Notes under the pieces: generated by a model
Told to the model about the DNA's origin: nothing
The model's database searches: none
Seen by the model: only the letters and a program-made list of their open reading frames with translations
Translations under genes and position numbers: made by a program
Assembly: GCA_036278975.1 (NCBI GenBank)
Contig: DASUKC010000089.1
Location: 15,140 to 79,139 of the forward strand
Origin: Gaiellaceae bacterium
Lineage (GTDB): Bacteria > Actinomycetota > Thermoleophilia > Gaiellales > Gaiellaceae
DNA: 64,000 nucleotides
Reading direction: 5' to 3'
In this document: piece after piece, positions 38,335-47,026 of the stretch
Numbering within the stretch: position 1 is the stretch's first letter
How the letters are laid out: every line of letters begins with the position of its first letter

Positions 38335-38805
38335 ATGACCGACCGCGAGATCGTCGCGCGCCAGATCGGCCGGACGCCGCGCGCATTCCGCGCCGTCGCG
38401 GTGCGCTGCCCGTTCGGCCGCCCGGCCGTGACGGAACAGGAGCCGTTCGACGAGAGCGGCAACCCGTTCCCGACGCAGTACTGGGTCACGTGCTCGTATC
38501 TCTCGGCGGCGATCGCGCGCGTCGAAGCCGACGGTGGAGTCGAGCGCTGGACACGCGCCGCGCACGACGATCCCGAGCTCGCACGCAGCCTCGACGCCGC
38601 CAACGCAAAACAGCGGGAGCTTCGCCCCGAGCTGCCCAGCGCCATCGGCGGCTCCTTGAACTCTGTTTCCCAAACCGGCGGCAGCTTGAAATGCCTGCAC
38701 GCACACGCCGCGTTCGCGCTCGCGCAGCCGGGCTACGAACTGGGCGACCGCATCCTCGCCGAGCTGCCATCACTCTGGCCGGCCAGTTGTTGCGCCGATC
38801 TGTGA
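38335..38805 (+). CDS. DUF501-domain protein
   Basis: ..RCPFGRPAVTEQEP..FPTQYWVTC..LKCLHAHAAFALA. Conserved position after ftsB, as in other actinobacteria. Confidence 0.82.
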   Translation: MTDREIVARQIGRTPRAFRAVAVRCPFGRPAVTEQEPFDESGNPFPTQYWVTCSYLSAAIARVEADGGVERWTRAAHDDPELARSLDAANAKQRELRPELPSAIGGSLNSVSQTGGSLKCLHAHAAFALAQPGYELGDRILAELPSLWPASCCADL

Positions 38806-39104
38806 TCCTGCGGGCCGTGGATATCGACCTTGCGCGCCAGCAGTGGCAGACCGGAGAGCGGCGCGTCGCAACGAACCCGCCGCTCGGTGCACAGGTCGAC
38901 CTCGTGGTCGCGGAGCTCCGCAAGCGCGTGGGGCAGACGTTCACCCTGTCCGAGCTGGTCGACGCGTACGAACGTGCCGATGACTGGGCGCGCGACGCGA
39001 TCGACCTCGCCGATCCCGGCGCACCGCCGCCGCTCGAGGCGAGCACGGTGACGGACGCCGCCTTCCACCGCTACGCGCGTGGCGCGACGGACTACAGCCC
39101 ATGA
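38802..39104 (+). CDS. hypothetical protein (100 aa)
   Basis: GTGA overlap with the DUF501 stop, ATGA overlap with the next ORF, and high GC3. No recognised family. Confidence 0.5.
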   Translation: MILRAVDIDLARQQWQTGERRVATNPPLGAQVDLVVAELRKRVGQTFTLSELVDAYERADDWARDAIDLADPGAPPPLEASTVTDAAFHRYARGATDYSP

Positions 39105-39289
39105 CGCCTGTGCGCGTCGCCATCGCCGCGGTCGCACTCGTGATCGTGTTCGTCGTCGGGATCGCCGTGGGCAAGGCGCTGAACGACAACTCGCAGCCGG
39201 GCGGCACGCAGACCATCGTGCGCACGCTCGACCCGCTGCCGCTCGCACCGGCGCGCGTGACCGTCACCGTCACGACCACAAACCCCTAG
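39101..39289 (+). CDS. hypothetical small membrane-anchored protein (62 aa)
   Basis: MTPVRVAIAAVALVIVFVVGIAVG.. is a single TM. Translationally coupled (ATGA). Confidence 0.45.
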   Translation: MTPVRVAIAAVALVIVFVVGIAVGKALNDNSQPGGTQTIVRTLDPLPLAPARVTVTVTTTNP

Positions 39290-39328
39290 AGCGGTTTAGA
39301 TTCGCGCAAGTTTGGCGATGTTTTCGCC

Positions 39329-39889
39329 ATGGCTTCGCGTGCTCCCAGCATCGACGCCGACTGGTTGACACTCGGCCAGGCCGCACGCTTCCTCGGCGTT
39401 GCGCAGTCCACAATTCGCAAGTGGTCGGACCAGGGGCGCGTACCGGCGTTCTACACGCCGGGCGGTCATCGTCGTTACCGGCGCAGGGATCTCGACGCGT
39501 TCCTCGCGCGATCGGGGCCGGGCGGACACTCGAGCGGCCCGCTCGTACTCGTTGTCGACGACGACGAACAAGTGCGCGAGCTGATGCGCGTGAACCTCGA
39601 AGCCGAGGGCTACTCGGTGCGCGAGGCAAACGGCGCCGACGAAGCGCTCGCCGCGATCGAGGGGCAGGCGCCGCAGCTCGTGCTCCTCGATGTCGTCATG
39701 CCCGGTATCGACGGCTGGCAGATGCTGAAGCGCATGCAGGAACGCCACGGCACGATCCCCGTGATCATGTTCAGCGGCGAGGTCGCCGCCGAAGACGAAG
39801 CCGGCAAGCGCGGCGCGCAGGCGTTCGTCGGCAAGCCGTTCGACCCGCTACAGCTGATCGAACGCGCGAAACAGTTAGTGCCGGTGTAA
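39329..39889 (+). CDS. response regulator with N-terminal MerR/excisionase-type HTH and C-terminal receiver domain
   Basis: WLTLGQAARFLGVAQSTIRKWSDQGRVPAFYTPGGHRRYRRRDL (HTH_17-like), followed by LVLVVDDDEQ..LVLLDVVMPGIDG..FSG..GKPF (REC). Confidence 0.85.
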   Translation: MASRAPSIDADWLTLGQAARFLGVAQSTIRKWSDQGRVPAFYTPGGHRRYRRRDLDAFLARSGPGGHSSGPLVLVVDDDEQVRELMRVNLEAEGYSVREANGADEALAAIEGQAPQLVLLDVVMPGIDGWQMLKRMQERHGTIPVIMFSGEVAAEDEAGKRGAQAFVGKPFDPLQLIERAKQLVPV

Positions 39890-40429
39890 TTACATCTCTT
39901 CAGCGGCTGAAAGCAGGCCGCCGAAGATGACGCCGAGCGCGGCGAACAGGCTGATCCAGATGCCGATGCCGCGACCGTCCGCCGGCAGCATCGAATCGGG
40001 GATCGAGATCAGGCGGATCAGCACGAAGATCGTCGCCAGTGCGCCGAGCGCCACGACGAGCAAGCTCTCGGGAACGGTCGGCGGCAACTCGAAGCCCGCC
40101 TGCCGCAACACGACGAGCACCACCACCGCGAGCCCGATCACGAACACGAGCTTCCCGAGCACGCCGGTGTGCCAGCCGATCACCGCGAGCTTCACGCCCA
40201 CGCCCGAGCCGGCGTACCAGTCCATGAATGCAGAGAGAAGAAGGACGAGCCCGGCCACCCAGGTGATGCGCTCGCCTGCCGCCCACAGGCCGCCGCCGGC
40301 ATGCTTGAGCCGCGAATTGGGGGCGACGGTCGCCGGGTCGGGTGCGGCGTCGAAGAACTCTGGGGTTTCCACAATGGGAAGTATGGGGAAACCTCCGGTC
40401 GTCGGCCGGGTAACCGACCGGCTCATCAA
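39890..40429 (-). CDS. hypothetical membrane protein (4 TM)
   Basis: Hydrophobic helices (ITWVAGLVLLLSAF.., LVFVIGLAVVVLVVL.., LLVVALGALATIFVLI.., IWISLFAALGVIFGGLL). Start uncertain. Confidence 0.5.
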   Translation of the reverse strand: MMSRSVTRPTTGGFPILPIVETPEFFDAAPDPATVAPNSRLKHAGGGLWAAGERITWVAGLVLLLSAFMDWYAGSGVGVKLAVIGWHTGVLGKLVFVIGLAVVVLVVLRQAGFELPPTVPESLLVVALGALATIFVLIRLISIPDSMLPADGRGIGIWISLFAALGVIFGGLLSAAEEM

Positions 40430-40449
40430 GTTCGGGGAAAGGGGTCAGG

Positions 40450-40656
40450 ATGCTGGAGGAGAGAAGCATGGACCCGGCGGAGGCCGAGTTCATCGAGTTC
40501 ATTCGCGCCGGATCGACGGCCTCAGGCGAGTTTCACTGCTCGAACTGCGGCTACGGGATCGCGGTGTACGGCTCTCTCCCGCAGTGCCCCATGTGCGCAG
40601 GCACCACCTGGGAGCCCGCGCCGGACTCCAGCTTCGTCGCTCGGCCTCGCGTCTAG
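40450..40656 (+). CDS. small zinc-ribbon protein (68 aa)
   Basis: ..FHCSNCGYGIAVYGSLPQCPMCAGTTWE.. (CxxC-N12-CxxC). Confidence 0.5.
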   Translation: MLEERSMDPAEAEFIEFIRAGSTASGEFHCSNCGYGIAVYGSLPQCPMCAGTTWEPAPDSSFVARPRV

Positions 40657-40675
40657 CGCGTCCAGTGCGGGCTAG

Positions 40676-40906
40676 CTAGACGCCGAAGATTGTCTGGGTG
40701 AGCTCCCAGACCAAAAGCAGGGCGAACGCCGAGATGAAGGCGAGCACCGTCAGCACGACCCAGAAGCGCAGATGCGAGCGCCTGGTTTCCGTGCGGTGCG
40801 CTACGCGGGCCCGACGCCGCGCGCGCTCGCGCCGATAGGCAACTTCGACGGCGCGCCCATCGAGGGAAGGAAGGTCGTCGTGGGTGCGGTGGGCGGCCTG
40901 GGCCAT
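40676..40906 (-). CDS. hypothetical small tail-anchored membrane protein (76 aa)
   Basis: Arg-rich N-terminus, then FWVVLTVLAFISAFALLLVW TM. High GC3. Confidence 0.4.
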   Translation of the reverse strand: MAQAAHRTHDDLPSLDGRAVEVAYRRERARRRARVAHRTETRRSHLRFWVVLTVLAFISAFALLLVWELTQTIFGV

Positions 40907-40940
40907 ATGCAGGGGATTCTAGAGGTGCATACTGGCCACC

Positions 40941-43565
40941 GTGACGGTCGCCCAGATCCGTCCGCCGCTCGAGGCGCTTGCCGAAGCCGCCGCGCGCGCC
41001 GCCGCGCAGGCCGACCCGCAGGCTGCCCTGCATCTCCTGGCCGATGCAGCGTGCGAAGCGGCCGAGGCCGACCTCGTCGTCCTGCGCGTGCGCGACAGCC
41101 ACGGCGACCTTGCCGCGCGCGCAGTCAGCCCGGCCGGCTCCGCGCTCGCAGCGGAAGTCGCGGCGAGCCGCGCGCCGGCAAGCGACGTCGTCGCGGGAGC
41201 ACTGTCCGGACCGACGGCTCGCGCAGCCGAACGCGCACGCGCTGCAGGGATGCTCGTCGAGGACGTGCTGGCCGACGGTCGAGTCGTGGGCGCGGTCGAG
41301 CTCGTGCGCGTCGCCTCTTCCTTTACGGACGAAGAGCGCATAGTCGCCAAGTTGGTCGCCGGCCAGCTCGCTCTCGTGGTGCGGTCGACCGGCGCCGGCT
41401 CCTCGGCGCCGGCGGCGGCCGATTGGCTCGCGCTCGCCGGCGAGGCCCTCGCCGCGGGGACGGACGGCGACCGCGCCGCCCGCCAAGCGGTGCGCATCGC
41501 TACCGAAGCCACGGGCGCGGCTGCCGGCCGGATGTGGCGCGTCACCGACGGGAAGGCGCACTCGATCGCCGCGGTCGGCAATCCGGGCGATCCGCGCCGG
41601 GCCGCTGAGCTCGCAATTGCGGCAGCCCACGCCTGGCAGCCGGTGACGGTCGAGTCGAACATCGCGACGCTTCGGCTCGGCGAGCCGATGTTCGCCGTGA
41701 TGCAGCTCCACTTCGGCGACGGTGGCGCTCCAGGGCCGGAGGCGTTCGCAGGTCTTGCCGCGTTCGCGGCGCGGGCTGCGCACGCCTTGCGTGCGGGCGA
41801 GCAGGCGGTTGAGCTCGAGTCCGAGCTGGATCGCACCCGCGCGCTACTCGAAGTTGTCGGCGAAGCCGTGTCGCGTCTGTCGCTCTCCCATACCTTGGAG
41901 ACCGCGGTCGAACGCGTGTCGGAGCTGCTGCGCATCGAGATGCTCGGCGTCTATCTCGTGGAGCACGCCCATCTCGTTCCGGCCGAGTCACGCGGCCTCC
42001 GCACCGGCCATCAGGCGGTCGCCGACCGGTTGCTCGCACTCGCGCTCGGACCGTTGCGGGCACGCACGACGATCCTCGTCGATGCTTCGGGATCGGAGCC
42101 GGCGATGCGCGAGGCGCGCTCCGCGCTCGTCCGCTACGGGCAGCAGGTCGTCGTCGGCGTGCCGCTGCAGATGGGCGGCGAGCTCATCGGACTCGTCGCG
42201 TTGTATCCGCCCCGGCGGCGCGTCGCCGAGAGCGAGGCCGCGCTGCTCGCCGCACTCGGCGCACAGCTCGCCGTCGCCGTGCAGAACGCACGGCTGCACG
42301 AGAACGCAACCCAGCTGCGCGATCGGCTCTCGGGAGCGCTCGACTCGGAGCGGCAGTCGTCGCGCCAGCTCACCGCGCTCTACGAGATCTCGAACTCGTT
42401 CACGCAGACTCTCTCGCTCGACGCGACGCTCCAGGCGATCACGTCGACCGTCGTCGGGGTGCTCGGCGTCGACGCTGCGGTCATCCGTATGCCCGACGAA
42501 CGCGGCGACACCTTCGTGCCACGCGCCGTGCATGTCGTCGAGTCGCGGCTGGTCGAGCCGGTGCGGACGATTCTCGAACGCCCGCAGCCTCGTCCCCCGC
42601 GTTCGCGCGAGCCGATCCTGCTCGACGTCGCCACCGCGGTTCGGCTGGGTGGGGCGCACGCGCTGCTCGTGCCGTTCCTCGAGAAGGGATCGACCGCTGC
42701 GCTGCTGCCGATCGCGAGCCCGACCGAGCATCTCGCCCAGCTGACGATCCTTTCGCTCGACCCCGCCGCGCCGATCGACCGCGAGACGCTCGCGACGGCC
42801 GCCACGATCGCCCGGCAGGCGGCGCTCGCTCTCGACAACGCGCGTCTCTACCAGCAGCAGAAGCAGTTCGCGGAGACGATGCAGCAGTCGCTGCTGCCGC
42901 AGGACCGTCCCGGCATCGCCGGACTGGAGATCGGCGCCGTGTACGAGTCCGCCGCGCGCGTCGACGTCGGCGGCGACGTCTTCGACTTCCTCGAGTTGCC
43001 CGACGGACGCCTCGCCGTCGTGCTCGGCGACGTGACCGGGCACGGCATCGACGCGACCGCCGATATGGCGATGGCCAAGTTCGTGTTCCGGTCGCTGGGC
43101 CGTGTGCACACCGACCCCGCGGAGTTCCTGGCGCGCGCGAACGAGGTCGTCCTCAGCGAGATCGCGCCCGGCAAGTTCATCACGATGACGGCGCTCGTCG
43201 TCGATCCGAACGGGGCGGTGCGTGCTGCGAGCGCGGGACATCCCGAGCCGCGCATCGTCGGCAGTGACGGCTCCGTCGCTGCGTTGCGCTGCGGCGGACT
43301 CGCGCTCGGCGTCGAAGAGGCGCAGAGCTACGACGCGGTCGACGCGGAGCTCGTGACGGGAGCGACGGTCGTGCTCTACACCGACGGCGTGGTCGAAGCG
43401 CGCCGCGGGCGGGACCTGTTCGGCGTGGAACGCCTCGACGCTGTGCTCGCCGAGCATTCCGACGCGCCCGCGCAGGAGCTCGCAGCGGCGGTCATCGCCG
43501 CTTGCCGTGCGTTCGCAGGCGAGCTCGCTGACGACTGCGCGGTCGTCGCAATCCGGCGCGCGTGA
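40941..43565 (+). CDS. multi-GAF-domain PP2C (SpoIIE/RsbU-type) serine phosphatase
   Basis: 874 aa. Several GAF-like repeats, then QQSLLPQ..GGDVFDF..LGDVTGHG..YTDGVVEA PP2C motifs. Confidence 0.88.
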   Translation: MTVAQIRPPLEALAEAAARAAAQADPQAALHLLADAACEAAEADLVVLRVRDSHGDLAARAVSPAGSALAAEVAASRAPASDVVAGALSGPTARAAERARAAGMLVEDVLADGRVVGAVELVRVASSFTDEERIVAKLVAGQLALVVRSTGAGSSAPAAADWLALAGEALAAGTDGDRAARQAVRIATEATGAAAGRMWRVTDGKAHSIAAVGNPGDPRRAAELAIAAAHAWQPVTVESNIATLRLGEPMFAVMQLHFGDGGAPGPEAFAGLAAFAARAAHALRAGEQAVELESELDRTRALLEVVGEAVSRLSLSHTLETAVERVSELLRIEMLGVYLVEHAHLVPAESRGLRTGHQAVADRLLALALGPLRARTTILVDASGSEPAMREARSALVRYGQQVVVGVPLQMGGELIGLVALYPPRRRVAESEAALLAALGAQLAVAVQNARLHENATQLRDRLSGALDSERQSSRQLTALYEISNSFTQTLSLDATLQAITSTVVGVLGVDAAVIRMPDERGDTFVPRAVHVVESRLVEPVRTILERPQPRPPRSREPILLDVATAVRLGGAHALLVPFLEKGSTAALLPIASPTEHLAQLTILSLDPAAPIDRETLATAATIARQAALALDNARLYQQQKQFAETMQQSLLPQDRPGIAGLEIGAVYESAARVDVGGDVFDFLELPDGRLAVVLGDVTGHGIDATADMAMAKFVFRSLGRVHTDPAEFLARANEVVLSEIAPGKFITMTALVVDPNGAVRAASAGHPEPRIVGSDGSVAALRCGGLALGVEEAQSYDAVDAELVTGATVVLYTDGVVEARRGRDLFGVERLDAVLAEHSDAPAQELAAAVIAACRAFAGELADDCAVVAIRRA

Positions 43566-44281
43566 ACCTGCGCCGCGACGGCGCACGGCCGCTCGTGATC
43601 GGCCACCGGGGCGCTGCCGGCGTGGCGCCGGAGAACACGCTTGCGTCACTCGAGGCCGCCGTTCGCGCCGGCGCCGACATCGTCGAGTTCGACGTATCTC
43701 CCGGTCTCGTCCTCGCGCACTCACCGGGCGAGACGCCTGCCGACGCGATCACGCTGGATCGAGCTCTCGCATATCTCGCCGGGGCCGGTGTCGGGGTGCA
43801 CGTCGACGTGAAGCTCGGCGGGTACGAGCGCGACGTCGTGGCTGCGCTGCGCGCGCACGGCCTCGAGGATCGCGCGCTCGTCTCGACCGCGCTGCCTCAG
43901 GTTGGCCGCGCGCTCGCCGCCGTCGCGCCGGCGTTGCCGCGCGCGATCGGCTATCCGCGCGACCGGCTGGGCGTCTCGCGGTTTCGCTGGCCGCCGGCCG
44001 CCACGACCGCCGGCGCCGCGGCGCTCCGGACGGTCGTGCCGGTGCGGGTGCCGTTGCTGCTGCGGCAGGCGCGGGCCAACGTGCTCGCGCTGCATCACAC
44101 GCTCTGCTCGCGGGCGTCAATCGCGGCGGCGCACCGGTCTGGGGCGGCCGTGCTCGCGTGGCCCGTCAGCGATGCGGCGACGGCTCTTCGGCTGGCGAAT
44201 CTCGGCGTCGACGCGATCGTGAGCGACGATCCGGAAACCACGCTGGGAGCGCTGGAGTCCCAATACCGGCGGGTACACTGA
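43562..44281 (+). CDS. glycerophosphodiester phosphodiesterase family protein
   Basis: PLVIGHRGAAGVAPENTLASLEAAVRAGADIVEFDV. GTGA overlap with the upstream gene. Confidence 0.85.
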   Translation: MNLRRDGARPLVIGHRGAAGVAPENTLASLEAAVRAGADIVEFDVSPGLVLAHSPGETPADAITLDRALAYLAGAGVGVHVDVKLGGYERDVVAALRAHGLEDRALVSTALPQVGRALAAVAPALPRAIGYPRDRLGVSRFRWPPAATTAGAAALRTVVPVRVPLLLRQARANVLALHHTLCSRASIAAAHRSGAAVLAWPVSDAATALRLANLGVDAIVSDDPETTLGALESQYRRVH

Positions 44282-44288
44282 CCGCGCT

Positions 44289-45335
44289 GTGAAGCGGGTA
44301 TTCGCCGCCTGCCTGTTCGCCGCGGGTTTCGCGGTCGCGGGAGTCTTCGCCGGGACGGTCATCGCCGACACCGGGACGACAACTTCGTCGACGTCGACCA
44401 CCACGACCGCTCCCGTCACGACCGCCACGACGGCGGTCGCGACGACGACTGCTCCCGTGGACGCCCTCCCCAACGGCGTGACGATCGGCGGTGTCCCGGT
44501 CGGAGGCCTTGCGCGCACCGACGCGTTCGCCGACGTGCAGCGCGCGTTCGACAAGCCGTTGACCGTGGTCGCCGGAACGACGCATGCGACCCTCGATCCA
44601 CAGTCGGTGGCAAGCGCGTACGTCCCGACCGCAGTCGCACGGGCGCGTGTCGCGTCGCCGGGGGCGAGCGTGAAGCTTGTCGTCCACGTGAACGGCGTGA
44701 AGCTGCGCGCGTGGGTGGCGTCCCTCGCAGCGCGCACGAGTCATGCCCCGATCAACGCGACGCTTGGATTCGTCAAAGGCCGGGTGAAGCTCACGCGCGA
44801 CCACCCGGGTGTGAAGCTCGACTCGGGCGACCTGCTTCGCCGCCTTGTCTCAGCGCTGTCGACGAACACCCGCACACCGTTGCGCGCGACGACGCACAGC
44901 GCACCGGCTTCGGTCACCGCGGCGAGCTTCGGCCCGGTGATCCTGATCAACCGGAGCATCAACAAGCTCTTCCTCTACAAGAACAACGGCCGCTCGCTGC
45001 TGACCGAGCGCATCTTCGCGGTCGCGACCGGCCAGTCGATCTACCCGACGCCGAAAGGTACGTTCCACATCGTCGTGAAGTGGGTGAACCCGACCTGGTA
45101 CCCGCCGACGCAGGACGCGTGGGCGAAAGGGCTGAAGCCGGTGCCTCCGGGGCCGGACAACCCACTCGGCACGCGGTGGATGGGTCTGTCGGTACCGGGT
45201 GTCGGCATCCACGGCACCGATGAGCCAGCGTCGATCGGCTACAGCGCGTCGCACGGCTGCATCCGCATGCAGGTGCCCGACGCAGAGTGGTTGTTCGAGC
45301 GCGTCAACGTCGGCACGACGGTGTTCATCGTCTGA
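44289..45335 (+). CDS. L,D-transpeptidase (YkuD domain) with N-terminal Thr-rich and PG-binding-like region
   Basis: ..GIHGTDEPASIGYSASHGCIRMQVPDAEWLF.. catalytic motif, plus a signal/anchor at the N-terminus. Confidence 0.9.
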   Translation: MKRVFAACLFAAGFAVAGVFAGTVIADTGTTTSSTSTTTTAPVTTATTAVATTTAPVDALPNGVTIGGVPVGGLARTDAFADVQRAFDKPLTVVAGTTHATLDPQSVASAYVPTAVARARVASPGASVKLVVHVNGVKLRAWVASLAARTSHAPINATLGFVKGRVKLTRDHPGVKLDSGDLLRRLVSALSTNTRTPLRATTHSAPASVTAASFGPVILINRSINKLFLYKNNGRSLLTERIFAVATGQSIYPTPKGTFHIVVKWVNPTWYPPTQDAWAKGLKPVPPGPDNPLGTRWMGLSVPGVGIHGTDEPASIGYSASHGCIRMQVPDAEWLFERVNVGTTVFIV

Positions 45336-45871
45336 TGCGCGCGCTGCGTCTCACGGCGGCGGTTGCGGTTCTCGCGCTGCTTGGCCTGCTCGTCTGGGAT
45401 GTTGCGCACTCGAGCGGCGGCAAGGTCGCGCGCGATGTCGACAAGGGCGAGATCGTGAAAGCCCCGGCGTTCAATCTGCCTCTCGTCGCGACGGACGGGA
45501 AGCTCTCCCTCGCGTCGCTGCGCGGCAAGGTCGTCGTCCTCAACTTCTGGGCATCGGACTGCGTGCCGTGCAAGCAGGAGCAGGGTGAGCTGAACCGGCT
45601 CGCCGCGAAGTACGCGTCGAAGGGCGTCGTGTTCCTCGGCATCGACGAGATCGAGGTTCGCTCGTTCGCGCAGCACTATCTGGCGCACTACAAGGTTCCG
45701 TACAAGAGCGTCGCGGACGGCAACGGCGCGATCGCCGGCAAGTTCGGCGTGACCGGGACGCCGGAGACCTTCTTCATCGACAAGCTCGGCCGAGTCGTGC
45801 CGCCGCACATCATCGCGACGGCGAAGGTGAGCGCGGTCGAAGCCGGGATCGAACGCGCGCTCAGCGCGTGA
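45335..45871 (+). CDS. resA: TlpA/ResA-family thiol-disulfide oxidoreductase
   Basis: TM anchor, then ..VVVLNFWASDCVPCKQE.. (CxxC thioredoxin fold). TGATG junction with the upstream gene. Confidence 0.88.
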   Translation: MRALRLTAAVAVLALLGLLVWDVAHSSGGKVARDVDKGEIVKAPAFNLPLVATDGKLSLASLRGKVVVLNFWASDCVPCKQEQGELNRLAAKYASKGVVFLGIDEIEVRSFAQHYLAHYKVPYKSVADGNGAIAGKFGVTGTPETFFIDKLGRVVPPHIIATAKVSAVEAGIERALSA

Positions 45872-46323
45872 CCCGCGTCGCGGTTCTGGTCGCGCTCGCC
45901 GTGCTCGTCGTCGCGGCGCCCGCAGCTGCGAGCGAACAACACCCGACGCAGGCAGAGCTGGAGACGATGCTGGTCTGCCCGAGCTGCCACGTCCCGCTCG
46001 ACGAGTCGAATTCGCCGGTCGCACAGCAGATGAAGGCGTTCATCGCGACGCGCATCGCAGCGGGCGACACGCGCAGCGAAATAGTCGATGAGCTCGTTGG
46101 GCCGCCGAACAATCTCGGCGTAGCAGTGCTCGGCGTGCCGCGCACGCACGGGTTCGACCTGGTCGCGTGGGTGCTGCCGTTCCTCGGTATCGCGCTCGGC
46201 GCGCTTGCGATCGGAGCGGGCGCGTGGAAGTGGTCCCGCTCGCGCAGCGAGCCCGAGCCGGCGCCGCTCGATCCTGAGTCGGAGCGCCGCGTCGACGAAG
46301 CGCTCGCGCGGTTCGATGGGTGA
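45868..46323 (+). CDS. ccmH: cytochrome c-type biogenesis protein CcmH/CycL-like
   Basis: Signal peptide, ..LVCPSCHVPLDESNSPVAQQMK.. (CxxC), and a C-terminal TM. GTGA overlap. Confidence 0.78.
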   Translation: MTRVAVLVALAVLVVAAPAAASEQHPTQAELETMLVCPSCHVPLDESNSPVAQQMKAFIATRIAAGDTRSEIVDELVGPPNNLGVAVLGVPRTHGFDLVAWVLPFLGIALGALAIGAGAWKWSRSRSEPEPAPLDPESERRVDEALARFDG

Positions 46324-47026
46324 AAAGATCCCCGTCGCGTTTCTCGCCGGGCTGATCTCGGTGATCACCCCGTGCGTCTTGCCGCTCGTCCCCGGCTACC
46401 TCGCGGCTGTTTCTTCCGTCGAGGTCGGGGCGCTCGGGCAGCGCGGCTCAGCACGGAAAGTCGTCGTCGCGAGCCTGCCGTTCATCGCCGGGTTCACCGC
46501 CGTCTTCGTCGTGCTCGGCGCCGGCGCAGCCGCGATCGCGAGCGTCGTGCCGAAGACGACGCAGACGCAGATCGCAGGCTTTGTGCTCGTCGTGATCGGG
46601 CTCGCGTTCGTCGGGCTGTTGCCGTGGCCGAAGAGCACGGTCGCGCCCAACCTCCTCCAGGGTGCGCGCAAGACGGGCTCCAGCGCGCTGCTCGGCGGTG
46701 CCTTCGCCGTCTGTGCGGCGCCGTGCATCGGAACCGTGCTGGCGTCCATCCTCGTGCTCGCCGGCTCGAGCGGCACCGTCGTGCGCGGCGTGATCCTGCT
46801 CATCGCCTATTCGCTCGGCCTTGGCGCCGCGTTCCTCGCGGCCGGCGTCGCGTTCGCGCATGCGATGCGCGCGTTCCGCTGGGTGCGCAGCCACTACGCG
46901 ATCGTGCAGGGATTCTCAGGGGCGACGCTCGTCGTGCTCGGGCTGCTGCTCTTCTTCCACCGCGACGCGTGGCTCCGCGACGGACTGAACCAGGCGCTGT
47001 CGCACGTCGGGCTCGGCACGTTCTAG
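46316..47026 (+). CDS. ccdA: cytochrome c biogenesis thiol-reductant transporter CcdA (DsbD family)
   Basis: ..LISVITPCVLPLVPGYL.. and ..FAVCAAPCIGTVL.. are the two conserved Cys motifs. 6 TM. Confidence 0.9.
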   Translation: MGEKIPVAFLAGLISVITPCVLPLVPGYLAAVSSVEVGALGQRGSARKVVVASLPFIAGFTAVFVVLGAGAAAIASVVPKTTQTQIAGFVLVVIGLAFVGLLPWPKSTVAPNLLQGARKTGSSALLGGAFAVCAAPCIGTVLASILVLAGSSGTVVRGVILLIAYSLGLGAAFLAAGVAFAHAMRAFRWVRSHYAIVQGFSGATLVVLGLLLFFHRDAWLRDGLNQALSHVGLGTF

